NCBI GenBank assembly: GCA_027460535.1
Contig: JAPZAR010000010.1
Location: 30,001 to 62,000, forward strand
From: Candidatus Methanoperedens sp.
GTDB taxonomy: Archaea > Halobacteriota > Methanosarcinia > Methanosarcinales > Methanoperedenaceae
Direction of reading: 5' to 3'
DNA length: 32,000 nucleotides
The position numbers and the translations under genes were made by a program. Shown in pieces: positions 17,998 to 25,841 of the stretch (the stretch's first letter is position 1; every line of letters starts with the position of its first letter). Under the pieces are notes generated by a model. It had not been told where the DNA came from and ran no database searches. It saw only the letters and a list, made by a program, of their open reading frames with translations.

Positions 17998-18990
17998 TTA
18001 TTTTTTCCAGGCATAACCATTCTCGGGATTTTTTTTTTCTTTCTCTAATTTATGTTCAAGCTTCATAATTGAAGCCTCGAACAATTCTTTAAATAATCCT
18101 TTTTGTTGCAATGCAAAAAAACCGCTTTCTATGGTTTCGGGCTTCCTTGGGGCAATAAAGGGCAGACTTCCTGTGGATGAATATACAGCCCAGAGATAAT
18201 AAATAAATGTGTAAATACCCACGAAAACGTACATTGTAGCCATCATTACATTATAATTCAAAAGGTTGCCCAGGAGCATTACGGTTACTGGTATGGCAAG
18301 GATTGGCAAAAAAACCATGGACCATGCGGTAGCCTCTTTCCAGAGACCGTATTCGTTTGTAATGAATACCCACCACATGATAAATATCAGAAGAATTGCA
18401 TAGGGTGTGATGCCACTGAGGTTGAAATTTACAAAGAACATGAACGCGGCCATTGTTACTGTCATTAAAAAGATCGTTTTGATCGCAAATTTGATGGAGG
18501 TCCCCACCGCAATGGGCTCCTGCATGAGATCTTTTGATCTTATATCCCTTTCATACCGTTCTTCCAGGATATTCTGGACCTTTAGATCGATATTTGACAA
18601 TCGGTCCAGGACGACATTCGTTCCAATGTGAGCCTGTGCGATGTTTTCGATCAGGGGCTCCAATCTTGCGTAGACCCCATCCTGGAATGCTGTATCGATC
18701 AATACCTCGGTAACGATTCTTCTCTTGAATGTTCTAAAAATAAAATATATCGGACCAATGAATATTATAATAAGAGATATATCTATTAATGCATAAAGAT
18801 AATTTGCGCTGGCAAAATCAATAAAAAAGGAAACGGCTGAAAATAGCAATATTGCTATCGTAATGATCAAAGCGCTTATCAAGCCTATTTTCTCAAAGAA
18901 TTGCAAATGCTGGATTGGCTTTTCAGATATATCCTCATCAACATCGAGCAAAGGGTTCTTCATTTTATCACGGCTATTGCTGGGTCCCAT
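17998..18990 (-). CDS. polytopic (~6 TM) membrane protein of unknown function
   Basis: 330 aa with six hydrophobic helices and a ~75-aa loop between TM2 and TM3. No His or Cys occurs in the helices. Its start overlaps the 3' end of the upstream cytochrome gene by 17 nt. Confidence 0.65.
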   Translation of the reverse strand: MGPSNSRDKMKNPLLDVDEDISEKPIQHLQFFEKIGLISALIITIAILLFSAVSFFIDFASANYLYALIDISLIIIFIGPIYFIFRTFKRRIVTEVLIDTAFQDGVYARLEPLIENIAQAHIGTNVVLDRLSNIDLKVQNILEERYERDIRSKDLMQEPIAVGTSIKFAIKTIFLMTVTMAAFMFFVNFNLSGITPYAILLIFIMWWVFITNEYGLWKEATAWSMVFLPILAIPVTVMLLGNLLNYNVMMATMYVFVGIYTFIYYLWAVYSSTGSLPFIAPRKPETIESGFFALQQKGLFKELFEASIMKLEHKLEKEKKNPENGYAWKK

Positions 18991-20527
18991 TAATATATAT
19001 GGTTACCTGAGGCTCTGTATATATTTTGAAGTGTAATGAATTATTCGGAACAGGATTGTTGGTGTTCTTGCATGCCATGCAGAGATACGATTGAATAAAT
19101 GCCGGCTCCGCACCAATTGAATTTTCTATACCACCCATTGCAGTGCTATTGTAGACGGGAATTTGCGCATTTTCATTCAGATTTACAAGAAGATCGGGTT
19201 TGCCATGGCAATCCAAGCAGGTTATCTGAATTGCACCATGGTTTGGAGAGTTAAATGGATACGCAGGATATGGTGTGGTTCCATTGCTGTTCTGGGTGCT
19301 GGGTCTATGACAGGATTTGCAGTAAGAATTCATATCTGTATAATCAGTAAAATTATGTTTCTGTTTCCATTGTTCATTGGAATGCCCACCAGAAATCACG
19401 GCATCGTTTATATCACTGTGGCAGGATATGCAATCAATCCCGGATATATCTGAGATATTATGTATTTTTCCATTTAAATATTTTGTCACATTTACTTCTT
19501 TTGTAAGCCCATAAGTAAGATTCTCTATCGTCCAGGTACCTGACGAATCCACAACGTCCCATTCGATAAAACTTGGTCTCGTAAAACTTATGTTCGTATT
19601 GAAACTCGAATGGCATGACGTGCATGCGACATCATTTCCTGTGGATATGTTGCTGTTATTAGCGCTTATGACAAATGGGATATGCGCATCCGGTCCATTC
19701 AGGTCACCTGCGTAAACAGGTGCAGTTCTCGCTGGATTACCATTCTGGTCAGTTACGTTCAGCGGTGTAGCACCATGGCAATAGAGGCATGGAGGTACGC
19801 TTGAGGCATGATATGAGGAATATAGCTGATGGCATGAGCCGCATGAAAAATCTTTGTGATGGAAAGAGCTGTTTAGCTGGTCTCTCGTTTCTGAATGGCA
19901 TTTTTCGCATTTCAGCTGTGTTAGGGCAGGGAATTCATGTATACCCGTAGATTCGTTGTCCTGTATCAATAAATGCCTGCTAAAATCATTCTTTGAATAA
20001 TTTGACAGCTGCCATGAGCTATCGTTTGTCCTGTCAGCATTGAATTCATACGTTAAAGCATATAGCATCGAGATAGTAAGCGACTTGGCGGTATGGCACG
20101 AAACACACGCCTCGTTCTCTCCTTTCAGGAATGGAGATGAATTGGCACCCGTTATGAAAGGATTGTGAGATTCATCATTCATAATATTCTCCCCGAAAAC
20201 CTTGGCTAGTGGAGAAACGCTTGTGTTCCCGTCGGAATCAACCGTTCGGTTCGAGGTTCCATGGCAATCAAGGCATCGGGGACTGATCACATTCCCATGC
20301 GTGAGGTTTGAGCTGGTATTCAGGACATGGCAGTTTTCGCATGTGAAAGATGTGTGGATTCCGGAGAGAAGAAGTTCAGACTTTATGTCCGAATGGCACT
20401 TAACGCAATAAGAATTATTTGAATCATAGAACCAGTGCTGACCTCCCAGAAGTGAAAAGATCGCGGGTATAGCGAGAATAGCGATCGAGAAAAGAGCCGT
20501 GACAAGAAAGAAGTGCCGAAGTTCCAT
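18974..20527 (-). CDS. multiheme c-type cytochrome with 11 CXXCH plus 1 CXXCK
   Basis: 517 aa. I counted CVKCH, CENCH, CLDCH, CVSCH, CEKCH, CGSCH, CLYCH, CTSCH, CISCH, CKSCH, CLDCH and a terminal CMACK. The N-terminus has a signal peptide followed by LLGGQHWFY. More than 20 N-x-S/T sequons occur. Confidence 0.9.
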   Translation of the reverse strand: MELRHFFLVTALFSIAILAIPAIFSLLGGQHWFYDSNNSYCVKCHSDIKSELLLSGIHTSFTCENCHVLNTSSNLTHGNVISPRCLDCHGTSNRTVDSDGNTSVSPLAKVFGENIMNDESHNPFITGANSSPFLKGENEACVSCHTAKSLTISMLYALTYEFNADRTNDSSWQLSNYSKNDFSRHLLIQDNESTGIHEFPALTQLKCEKCHSETRDQLNSSFHHKDFSCGSCHQLYSSYHASSVPPCLYCHGATPLNVTDQNGNPARTAPVYAGDLNGPDAHIPFVISANNSNISTGNDVACTSCHSSFNTNISFTRPSFIEWDVVDSSGTWTIENLTYGLTKEVNVTKYLNGKIHNISDISGIDCISCHSDINDAVISGGHSNEQWKQKHNFTDYTDMNSYCKSCHRPSTQNSNGTTPYPAYPFNSPNHGAIQITCLDCHGKPDLLVNLNENAQIPVYNSTAMGGIENSIGAEPAFIQSYLCMACKNTNNPVPNNSLHFKIYTEPQVTIYINGTQQ

Positions 20528-20550
20528 GGTTTATCCCTGCGTTGCAGACC

Positions 20551-21276
20551 TTATCTACTTTGCCATGGCTTTTGTTTCATCGTCAGGCCGACGTACAGAA
20601 GGAGAGAGAATGCCGCTATAACATAACCATAGATCTTCACGACCTGGAAGAAAAGGAAATATTTATTGTAGTCAGTTCCAAAAGGACCGAAATCCTGGTG
20701 CCTATCATCCACTATGAAAAATTTTCCATACCCTTTGATAACTATTGGTTTCCCATTCATCAGGATAGCTTTTCCCAGGATATCTTCTTTTTTGATGTCC
20801 CACCAGTCCACCTGGCCTGTGGCATCCCCGGCCGTATGAATGCCTTCTTTGGTGATGCTTACGATCCGGTGCGAAACCGGATTCGAGGTATCGGGCCGTT
20901 CGAACATTATTATATCTCCGGTTTTGTAGGTGTGCTCTATATTCTGCATCAGGATAATATCGTTAGTATTGAATGTCGGGGACATGCTCCCCGATGCCAC
21001 AGCCGTTAAAAAGATCGCTTTTGTGGAGAGCAGGCCCATTATGAGCAATACGCACATGAGTGCCGATGCCTCTTTAAAGAACACCTTCTGAAAATCCAGA
21101 GGTCGCCTGTTTATTTTTTTGATATATCTGTCCATTCTCTGCTTTCTGCCAAATTCCCAGTATCGTTGCCTGATGGTTTCAAGGACGTCCGTATTTTGTA
21201 CGATTTTTCTGTAAACAAGCATCAAGAAAATACCGAGCGATACCAGGAACAGTATATCATTTAGTGGTATATACAT
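20551..21276 (-). CDS. type I signal peptidase (S26 family, archaeal/ER Ser-His type)
   Basis: 241 aa. The boxes are SGSMSPT (catalytic Ser), GDIIMF, SHRIVS (His in place of the bacterial Lys) and TAGDATG. TM helices are present at the N- and C-termini. Confidence 0.8.
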   Translation of the reverse strand: MYIPLNDILFLVSLGIFLMLVYRKIVQNTDVLETIRQRYWEFGRKQRMDRYIKKINRRPLDFQKVFFKEASALMCVLLIMGLLSTKAIFLTAVASGSMSPTFNTNDIILMQNIEHTYKTGDIIMFERPDTSNPVSHRIVSITKEGIHTAGDATGQVDWWDIKKEDILGKAILMNGKPIVIKGYGKFFIVDDRHQDFGPFGTDYNKYFLFFQVVKIYGYVIAAFSLLLYVGLTMKQKPWQSR

Positions 21277-21308
21277 AAGGTATTCACATTTGTTTCATAT
21301 TTATTACT

Positions 21309-22022
21309 TCAGGGATTGAGGGGGTCCCATCCTATTGGGGTCGGAGATATAGAGATCACAGGTTGTGTCGAATTGTTTACTCCGCCGGACTGGTTGCCGT
21401 ATGTCTGTATGAAAGCTGATCCTTCGATCGTGAAGTTGCCAACTGTCCATGTACGGCTGCCGTCCGAGGACATGTTCTCCTGTGCATCAAAGGCTATTTT
21501 GTACGCTTTCGTCCAGTTGATATCTACGGCTACGTGCGTGTGGCATGCGATACATGCTTCATTGGCTCCCTTTAGCAGGGAAGAGTTGCTAGCCGCGTTT
21601 GCGAACGGCTTGTGGACCTCCTCAGGTCCATTGAGAATATTTGTTGCGTTCAATCCAGGTTCGAATGATGCGTTATGGCAGTCCAGGCAGGCGGGAGATG
21701 CAGCCGCATGGAATTGACCACCTGTTAAATCAGGGGGTCCATTAACGATACCTTCTTTTTGCATCGCTGTCGTCATATGGCATCCTTCGCAGCCGTATGC
21801 CCTGTGGGCTGCATTGACCCCCCCTGGCTGTTTTAGCTCTGCAAAGATATCGGCATGACATTTTCCGCAGGGAATATTGGTTGTAGTTCCTCCTCCATAA
21901 ACATTATTGCTTATCGTATCATAGAAATTATGCTGGCCTACGAATAACGCAAGTGTCTGTGGCAGAGCTACAAGTCCCACAGCTGCTATTGCCAGCCCGA
22001 TTAACATCAATTTGGTAGCCAT
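21309..22022 (-). CDS. tetraheme c-type cytochrome, LFxGQH family (paralog A)
   Basis: 237 aa with CGKCH, CEGCH, CLDCH and CIACH. The Sec-type signal is MATKLMLIGLAIAAVGLVALPQTLA, followed by LFVGQHNFY. Eight N-x-S/T sequons occur. A GGAAGAGGT ribosome-binding site is present. Confidence 0.9.
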   Translation of the reverse strand: MATKLMLIGLAIAAVGLVALPQTLALFVGQHNFYDTISNNVYGGGTTTNIPCGKCHADIFAELKQPGGVNAAHRAYGCEGCHMTTAMQKEGIVNGPPDLTGGQFHAAASPACLDCHNASFEPGLNATNILNGPEEVHKPFANAASNSSLLKGANEACIACHTHVAVDINWTKAYKIAFDAQENMSSDGSRTWTVGNFTIEGSAFIQTYGNQSGGVNNSTQPVISISPTPIGWDPLNP

Positions 22023-22209
22023 TTATTCTGGTACCTCTTCCTATCCGGAATTATAAAGGCGTATTTTATATATCTTCTTATGGGAAATATACTTTCCGAT
22101 TTCAAAACACATGACATGATTTTAATAAGTTTTATAATTATATGCTCCTTGCCTTTATTAAAAATGCTGGCATGGGAAAAAAAATAGAAATATTCAATGG
22201 CTCAAACAT

Positions 22210-22245
22210 AAAAAAATAAATAGGAAAAATTTTTTTTTCCTATTT
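22210..22245 (-). terminator. AT-rich hairpin plus T7 run downstream of tetraheme paralog B
   Basis: On the minus strand the sequence reads TAAataggaaaaaaaaatttttcctatttattttttt. The 12-bp stem is aaataggaaaaa / tttttcctattt and overlaps the stop codon. A T7 run follows. Confidence 0.4.
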
Positions 22246-22975
22246 ACGGAGTGCTCGGGTCCCATCCTGGCGGTGTTGGCGATACAGTTACAACCGGTGC
22301 GGTAGAAGCATTATTTTCACCTGACATGTTACCATAGGTCGTTATATTGGCGGAGCCCTGAATTCCAAAGCTGCTGATATTCCATGAATGGGTGCCGCTG
22401 CCGTCAGTGGCCATTTGTGCTACTGAGGTAAAGTTCATCATGTATGCCTTTGACCAGCTGATATTCACGGCCACATGCGTGTGGCATGCGACACATGCTT
22501 CGTTAGCCCCCTTCAAAAGGGAAATATTATTGGTCTGATTTGCAAATGATGCATGAACTTCTACATTGGTTATAACTCCCGTTGTGTTAGTAACAATTCC
22601 AAAAATATTACGTGCATCGTTTATGCCTGTGCTATTTCCATCATGGCAATCTAAACAGGCAGGAGCTGCAGCAGCGTGGAACTGCCCTGTAGGCCCGTTA
22701 TAGAAACCTTCCTTTTGGAGCGCTAGCATGTGGCATCCTCCGCAGCCCTGTTGAAGGTGAACTGAATTTACCGCTCCAGCCTGTTTCAACTCTGCATATA
22801 CATCAGCATGGCATTTTCCGCAAGGGATATTGCTTCCGTTGCCAAAATTGTAGAAATTAGTCGTCATCGTATCGTAGAAATTATGCTGCCCTGCGAATAA
22901 AGCCAGCGTCTGCGGCAGCGCGACCAATCCTACTGCCGCGACTGCAAATCCCATGAGCACAAGTTTGTTCACCAT
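22244..22975 (-). CDS. tetraheme c-type cytochrome, LFxGQH family (paralog B, tandem to A)
   Basis: 243 aa with CGKCH, CGGCH, CLDCH and CVACH. The signal MVNKLVLMGFAVAAVGLVALPQTLA is followed by LFAGQHNFY. The C-terminus SPTPPGWDPSTP is shared with paralog A. An AGGTGA ribosome-binding site is present. Confidence 0.9.
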   Translation of the reverse strand: MVNKLVLMGFAVAAVGLVALPQTLALFAGQHNFYDTMTTNFYNFGNGSNIPCGKCHADVYAELKQAGAVNSVHLQQGCGGCHMLALQKEGFYNGPTGQFHAAAAPACLDCHDGNSTGINDARNIFGIVTNTTGVITNVEVHASFANQTNNISLLKGANEACVACHTHVAVNISWSKAYMMNFTSVAQMATDGSGTHSWNISSFGIQGSANITTYGNMSGENNASTAPVVTVSPTPPGWDPSTP

Positions 22976-23094
22976 AATTTAAGTCACCTATTCTTACCTG
23001 GATTAAAATTCAGACAATCGATTTATCTTTTTTAAAGGATTTATACTTATCTATTAATACTTTAACGCGAGCTGTTGAATCATTATTGTCGCAA

Positions 23095-23523
23095 TTATTT
23101 CCAGAACATATTATCCACTACATAGCCTATCCTGTTCCCGTCTTTATCGACAACGATAATGGAAATATGCACGATGTCGCCGGATACGGGATTATGATCC
23201 TCCTGGAAACCTATGTTGAAAGAATATTTTCCGTTTCCCTTGTAGGTCAGCATTTCCCATGGACCGATAGTGCTGTTTGGACCTTTAGATATCATCGTCC
23301 TGGCACCTATGGCCGGGAAAGAATCAGCCTCCGTGTTTCTCGGTCTGTTGAGGTAGGCCACAGTTCCCTGAGTCAATGTGTAGTTCTGAGCGACGACAAT
23401 TCCCTGGTTTTCCACAAAGGCAATATTTACTTTCACAACAGGCACCTGCTTGGCAGGATTGGTTATACATCCTGAGAATAGTATCACGGGAAGGATCAAC
23501 AATATCATAAGAATTTTTTTCAT
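23095..23523 (-). CDS. small putative lipoprotein of unknown function (paralog of 30223..30684)
   Basis: 142 aa. The N-terminus MKKILMILLILPVILFSGC is lipobox-like. The C-terminal half aligns with 30223..30684 (GKYSFNIGFQEDHNPVSGDIVHISIIVVDKDGNRIGYVVDNMFW vs GVYTLRMFFRDGMEPKKGDVLIIPIRLVSHTGAIQYKTTAFYCW). Confidence 0.65.
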   Translation of the reverse strand: MKKILMILLILPVILFSGCITNPAKQVPVVKVNIAFVENQGIVVAQNYTLTQGTVAYLNRPRNTEADSFPAIGARTMISKGPNSTIGPWEMLTYKGNGKYSFNIGFQEDHNPVSGDIVHISIIVVDKDGNRIGYVVDNMFWK

Positions 23524-23527
23524 AAGA

Positions 23528-24196
23528 TTACCTTATCATTTGAAACAGCGAATCTATCATTTTTCCTATCAACTGACCGATAGTGGGATACTCAAGAGCG
23601 GCAGCGGCCTGAAGGTTTGGCACAGAGGGTGGTGGCATTTTCTGGCCTGCAAACGTCTCTCCGAACTCACCATGGCATGCAACGCACATTTTTTCAAGCC
23701 TTTTGCCATGGACCACATGCGGATCGCCGCCGTGGCAGTCCGAGCATTTTGTCTTCTCTGGTTTTTGAACCGTATTGTTCATAAATGTATGGCAGCTACG
23801 GCATGACACGTTGCTCATAATCCTGTGGAAATCCGCTGCGGTAACATTATTCCCATCTTTATTCCCCACATGGCACTTGATGCACACTATATCCTTATGG
23901 ATTTCGAAGATCTGGGCCATATCCACTTTTAACCCTTGAGCATTTTTTGGCTTGTAATCATGGCATTTACATCCATTGGATATTGACTGTGCTTTCTCGG
24001 TTCCAAGTAGCGTGTAATGGCAGGGGATACAATAGCTCCCGGGATGCCAACTTTCGGTCAATCCATCCGTGAATTGCGGTCTTTCGTATGCATTTGAAGG
24101 CATCGCCAGGATAAACGGGATTATGAGGGAAAAGATCAAAATTATCTTCTGAAACTCATATACTGCATTCCTTTTTAAACTATTTTCACTGGACAT
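23528..24196 (-). CDS. multiheme c-type cytochrome with 5 CXXCH plus one shifted CXCH
   Basis: 222 aa with CIPCH, CIKCH, CRSCH, CSDCH and CVACH. GCKCH occupies the position where the paralog 29545..30147 has CGNCH. The signal peptide ends in SNA. A C-terminal amphipathic helix is present. Confidence 0.9.
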   Translation of the reverse strand: MSSENSLKRNAVYEFQKIILIFSLIIPFILAMPSNAYERPQFTDGLTESWHPGSYCIPCHYTLLGTEKAQSISNGCKCHDYKPKNAQGLKVDMAQIFEIHKDIVCIKCHVGNKDGNNVTAADFHRIMSNVSCRSCHTFMNNTVQKPEKTKCSDCHGGDPHVVHGKRLEKMCVACHGEFGETFAGQKMPPPSVPNLQAAAALEYPTIGQLIGKMIDSLFQMIR

Positions 24197-24215
24197 GGAT
24201 CCATTAATATGTGAT

Positions 24216-25841
24216 TTATCTTCTGAAATTATGTCTTTTTATTAACCATATAACTATGAAAAGCATGATAAAAATATATCCCTGGAATCCGGACGCCGGT
24301 TTTGGCGTCGTGACAGGCGTCCCGGTGATCCCTGGAGTGGCGGTCTGCACCGGGATACGGGTAACTTCAATAGCAGGGCCTTCCAGCTTCAAAGGTTCCC
24401 TGACATCCAAAACAAGATAGTTTGAAACAGCCCTCTGCGTGTACCTTTCATCCAGATAGAGAAACTGGTCCAAAACTATCGCCTTTGCAGGAGGGATAAC
24501 AAAACTGCCCGAAGCATTTGCATTGAGTGCATAAGAGAAGGATGCCGATTCCCCGGAATGAAGCACAACCGTATTTAAAACAACCTTATATTTTTCAGGC
24601 GACGCGTTTGAGATGGAGTTGTCAGGTGGTAGGCCATCACTCAGTTTTACTATCGCGGTGGCGTCCCCCTGGTTTTTTGCCTCCACTGTAACACTGATAT
24701 TCTCTCCCACAACAGGATTGATAATGTTTGCGGATTTGACCAATACCACATAAGGACCATTAACTATCAGCTTGGCAGGTTTTTCATTGTACCCGAATCC
24801 CCCCGGGTATTCGAAAATCGAGCTTCCGGGCATTAATAGATAAGTCCCTGGCTTTTGTGGTTTTATAGCATAGGATATCAATTTATGCTCAAGAGGTCCC
24901 AGCGAAAAATTCCATGAAAGGTTCGTATCCAGCGGTTCAAGGTCCGGGGGCAGACTGTCGGTGAGGCTCACGTTATCGATCGGCAGGCTGAGATTGTTGG
25001 TAAGGCTTAATGAAACCACGGCAATATCACCCATGTATATTTTTTCGGAAACAAATTTTCCAAACATTATCCTTTTATCCATCTCCCTTACTTCGATATA
25101 GGTTGAATCAACGGCCTTGTAGGCTCTTCTCAGAACGTCATTTCCGTTTACCTCAGCTGAGATCTGGAAGGACTTGCCCTCTGTTATATACGGAGCTTTG
25201 AACCTGACTGTGATAATATCAGATTCATTTCCAGCTTTCAATTCGGGCAATTCATAGTCGAGTCTCTCATGCGCTAGCGGAGGTAATGACGTATTGATTT
25301 GTAAAGTCGGGCTTCTTAACGAGCCTTTGCCGTCATTCCTGATGGTAAAATTGATCGAGATCTCAGAGCCTGGAGCAAATATGCGACTTACAATCGTTCT
25401 ATTATTGAAATGCTTCTCAGCAGGGAGGACTGATAATTTAGGTAACGGGGTACCCGGGACTCGTGTCCGGATCTTTACCCACTGGTCCGCGATCGCATTT
25501 ACTCCATGGGCTGCACCGATGTTCGCGAACCTGTCCTGAAGATCAATAATTGTAATATTCAACCTGTTATCAATAGAAAAAGAATCATTGATCCGCGTAA
25601 TGTTACTTGTAACCAGCCTGTGGTCAGAATCGTACACTGTTATCAGGGCCATGAGATCCTTGAAATCCGTATTATTATAGAAACCCGTTGCCTCGATCTG
25701 GAAACCTTCTCTGGTGAAAGAATCGGTAAATCTCAATGTTTTTTCCTGCGGGTCGACCCATTCTATCTCATCTGCGAATGCAGGATAAATACCTGTGTAA
25801 ATCAAAATTAAAACTATCACTATTTTGTAGAGGTATTTCAT
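24216..25841 (-). CDS. DUF11/CARDB-like repeat cell-surface protein with a C-terminal anchor
   Basis: 541 aa with signal MKYLYKIVIVLILIYTGIYPAFA. Repeats of the type ...LTNN..LPIDNVSLTDSLPPDLEP and ...EAKNQGDATAIVKLSDGLPPDNS are present. The C-terminus is PASGFQGYIFIMLFIVIWLIKRHNFRR. Confidence 0.7.
   Translation of the reverse strand: MKYLYKIVIVLILIYTGIYPAFADEIEWVDPQEKTLRFTDSFTREGFQIEATGFYNNTDFKDLMALITVYDSDHRLVTSNITRINDSFSIDNRLNITIIDLQDRFANIGAAHGVNAIADQWVKIRTRVPGTPLPKLSVLPAEKHFNNRTIVSRIFAPGSEISINFTIRNDGKGSLRSPTLQINTSLPPLAHERLDYELPELKAGNESDIITVRFKAPYITEGKSFQISAEVNGNDVLRRAYKAVDSTYIEVREMDKRIMFGKFVSEKIYMGDIAVVSLSLTNNLSLPIDNVSLTDSLPPDLEPLDTNLSWNFSLGPLEHKLISYAIKPQKPGTYLLMPGSSIFEYPGGFGYNEKPAKLIVNGPYVVLVKSANIINPVVGENISVTVEAKNQGDATAIVKLSDGLPPDNSISNASPEKYKVVLNTVVLHSGESASFSYALNANASGSFVIPPAKAIVLDQFLYLDERYTQRAVSNYLVLDVREPLKLEGPAIEVTRIPVQTATPGITGTPVTTPKPASGFQGYIFIMLFIVIWLIKRHNFRR

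Noticed and set aside
18974-20527. Calling the CXXCK-containing cytochrome an NrfA-type nitrite reductase.
   Set aside because: NrfA is a pentaheme protein with CXXCK as its first motif and a distinct fold. Here CXXCK is the 12th motif of a triplicated tetraheme architecture.
21309-22975. Interpreting the tetrahemes as NapC/NirT/CymA-type membrane-anchored quinol dehydrogenases, which are also tetraheme, ~200 aa, with an N-terminal helix.
   Set aside because: This is only provisionally rejected. The N-termini look like cleavable Sec signals (short h-region, Pro, then T-L-A or T-M-A). The proteins also have a beta-rich, glycosylation-sequon-dense C-terminal extension that I do not associate with that family. 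It remains the main alternative hypothesis.
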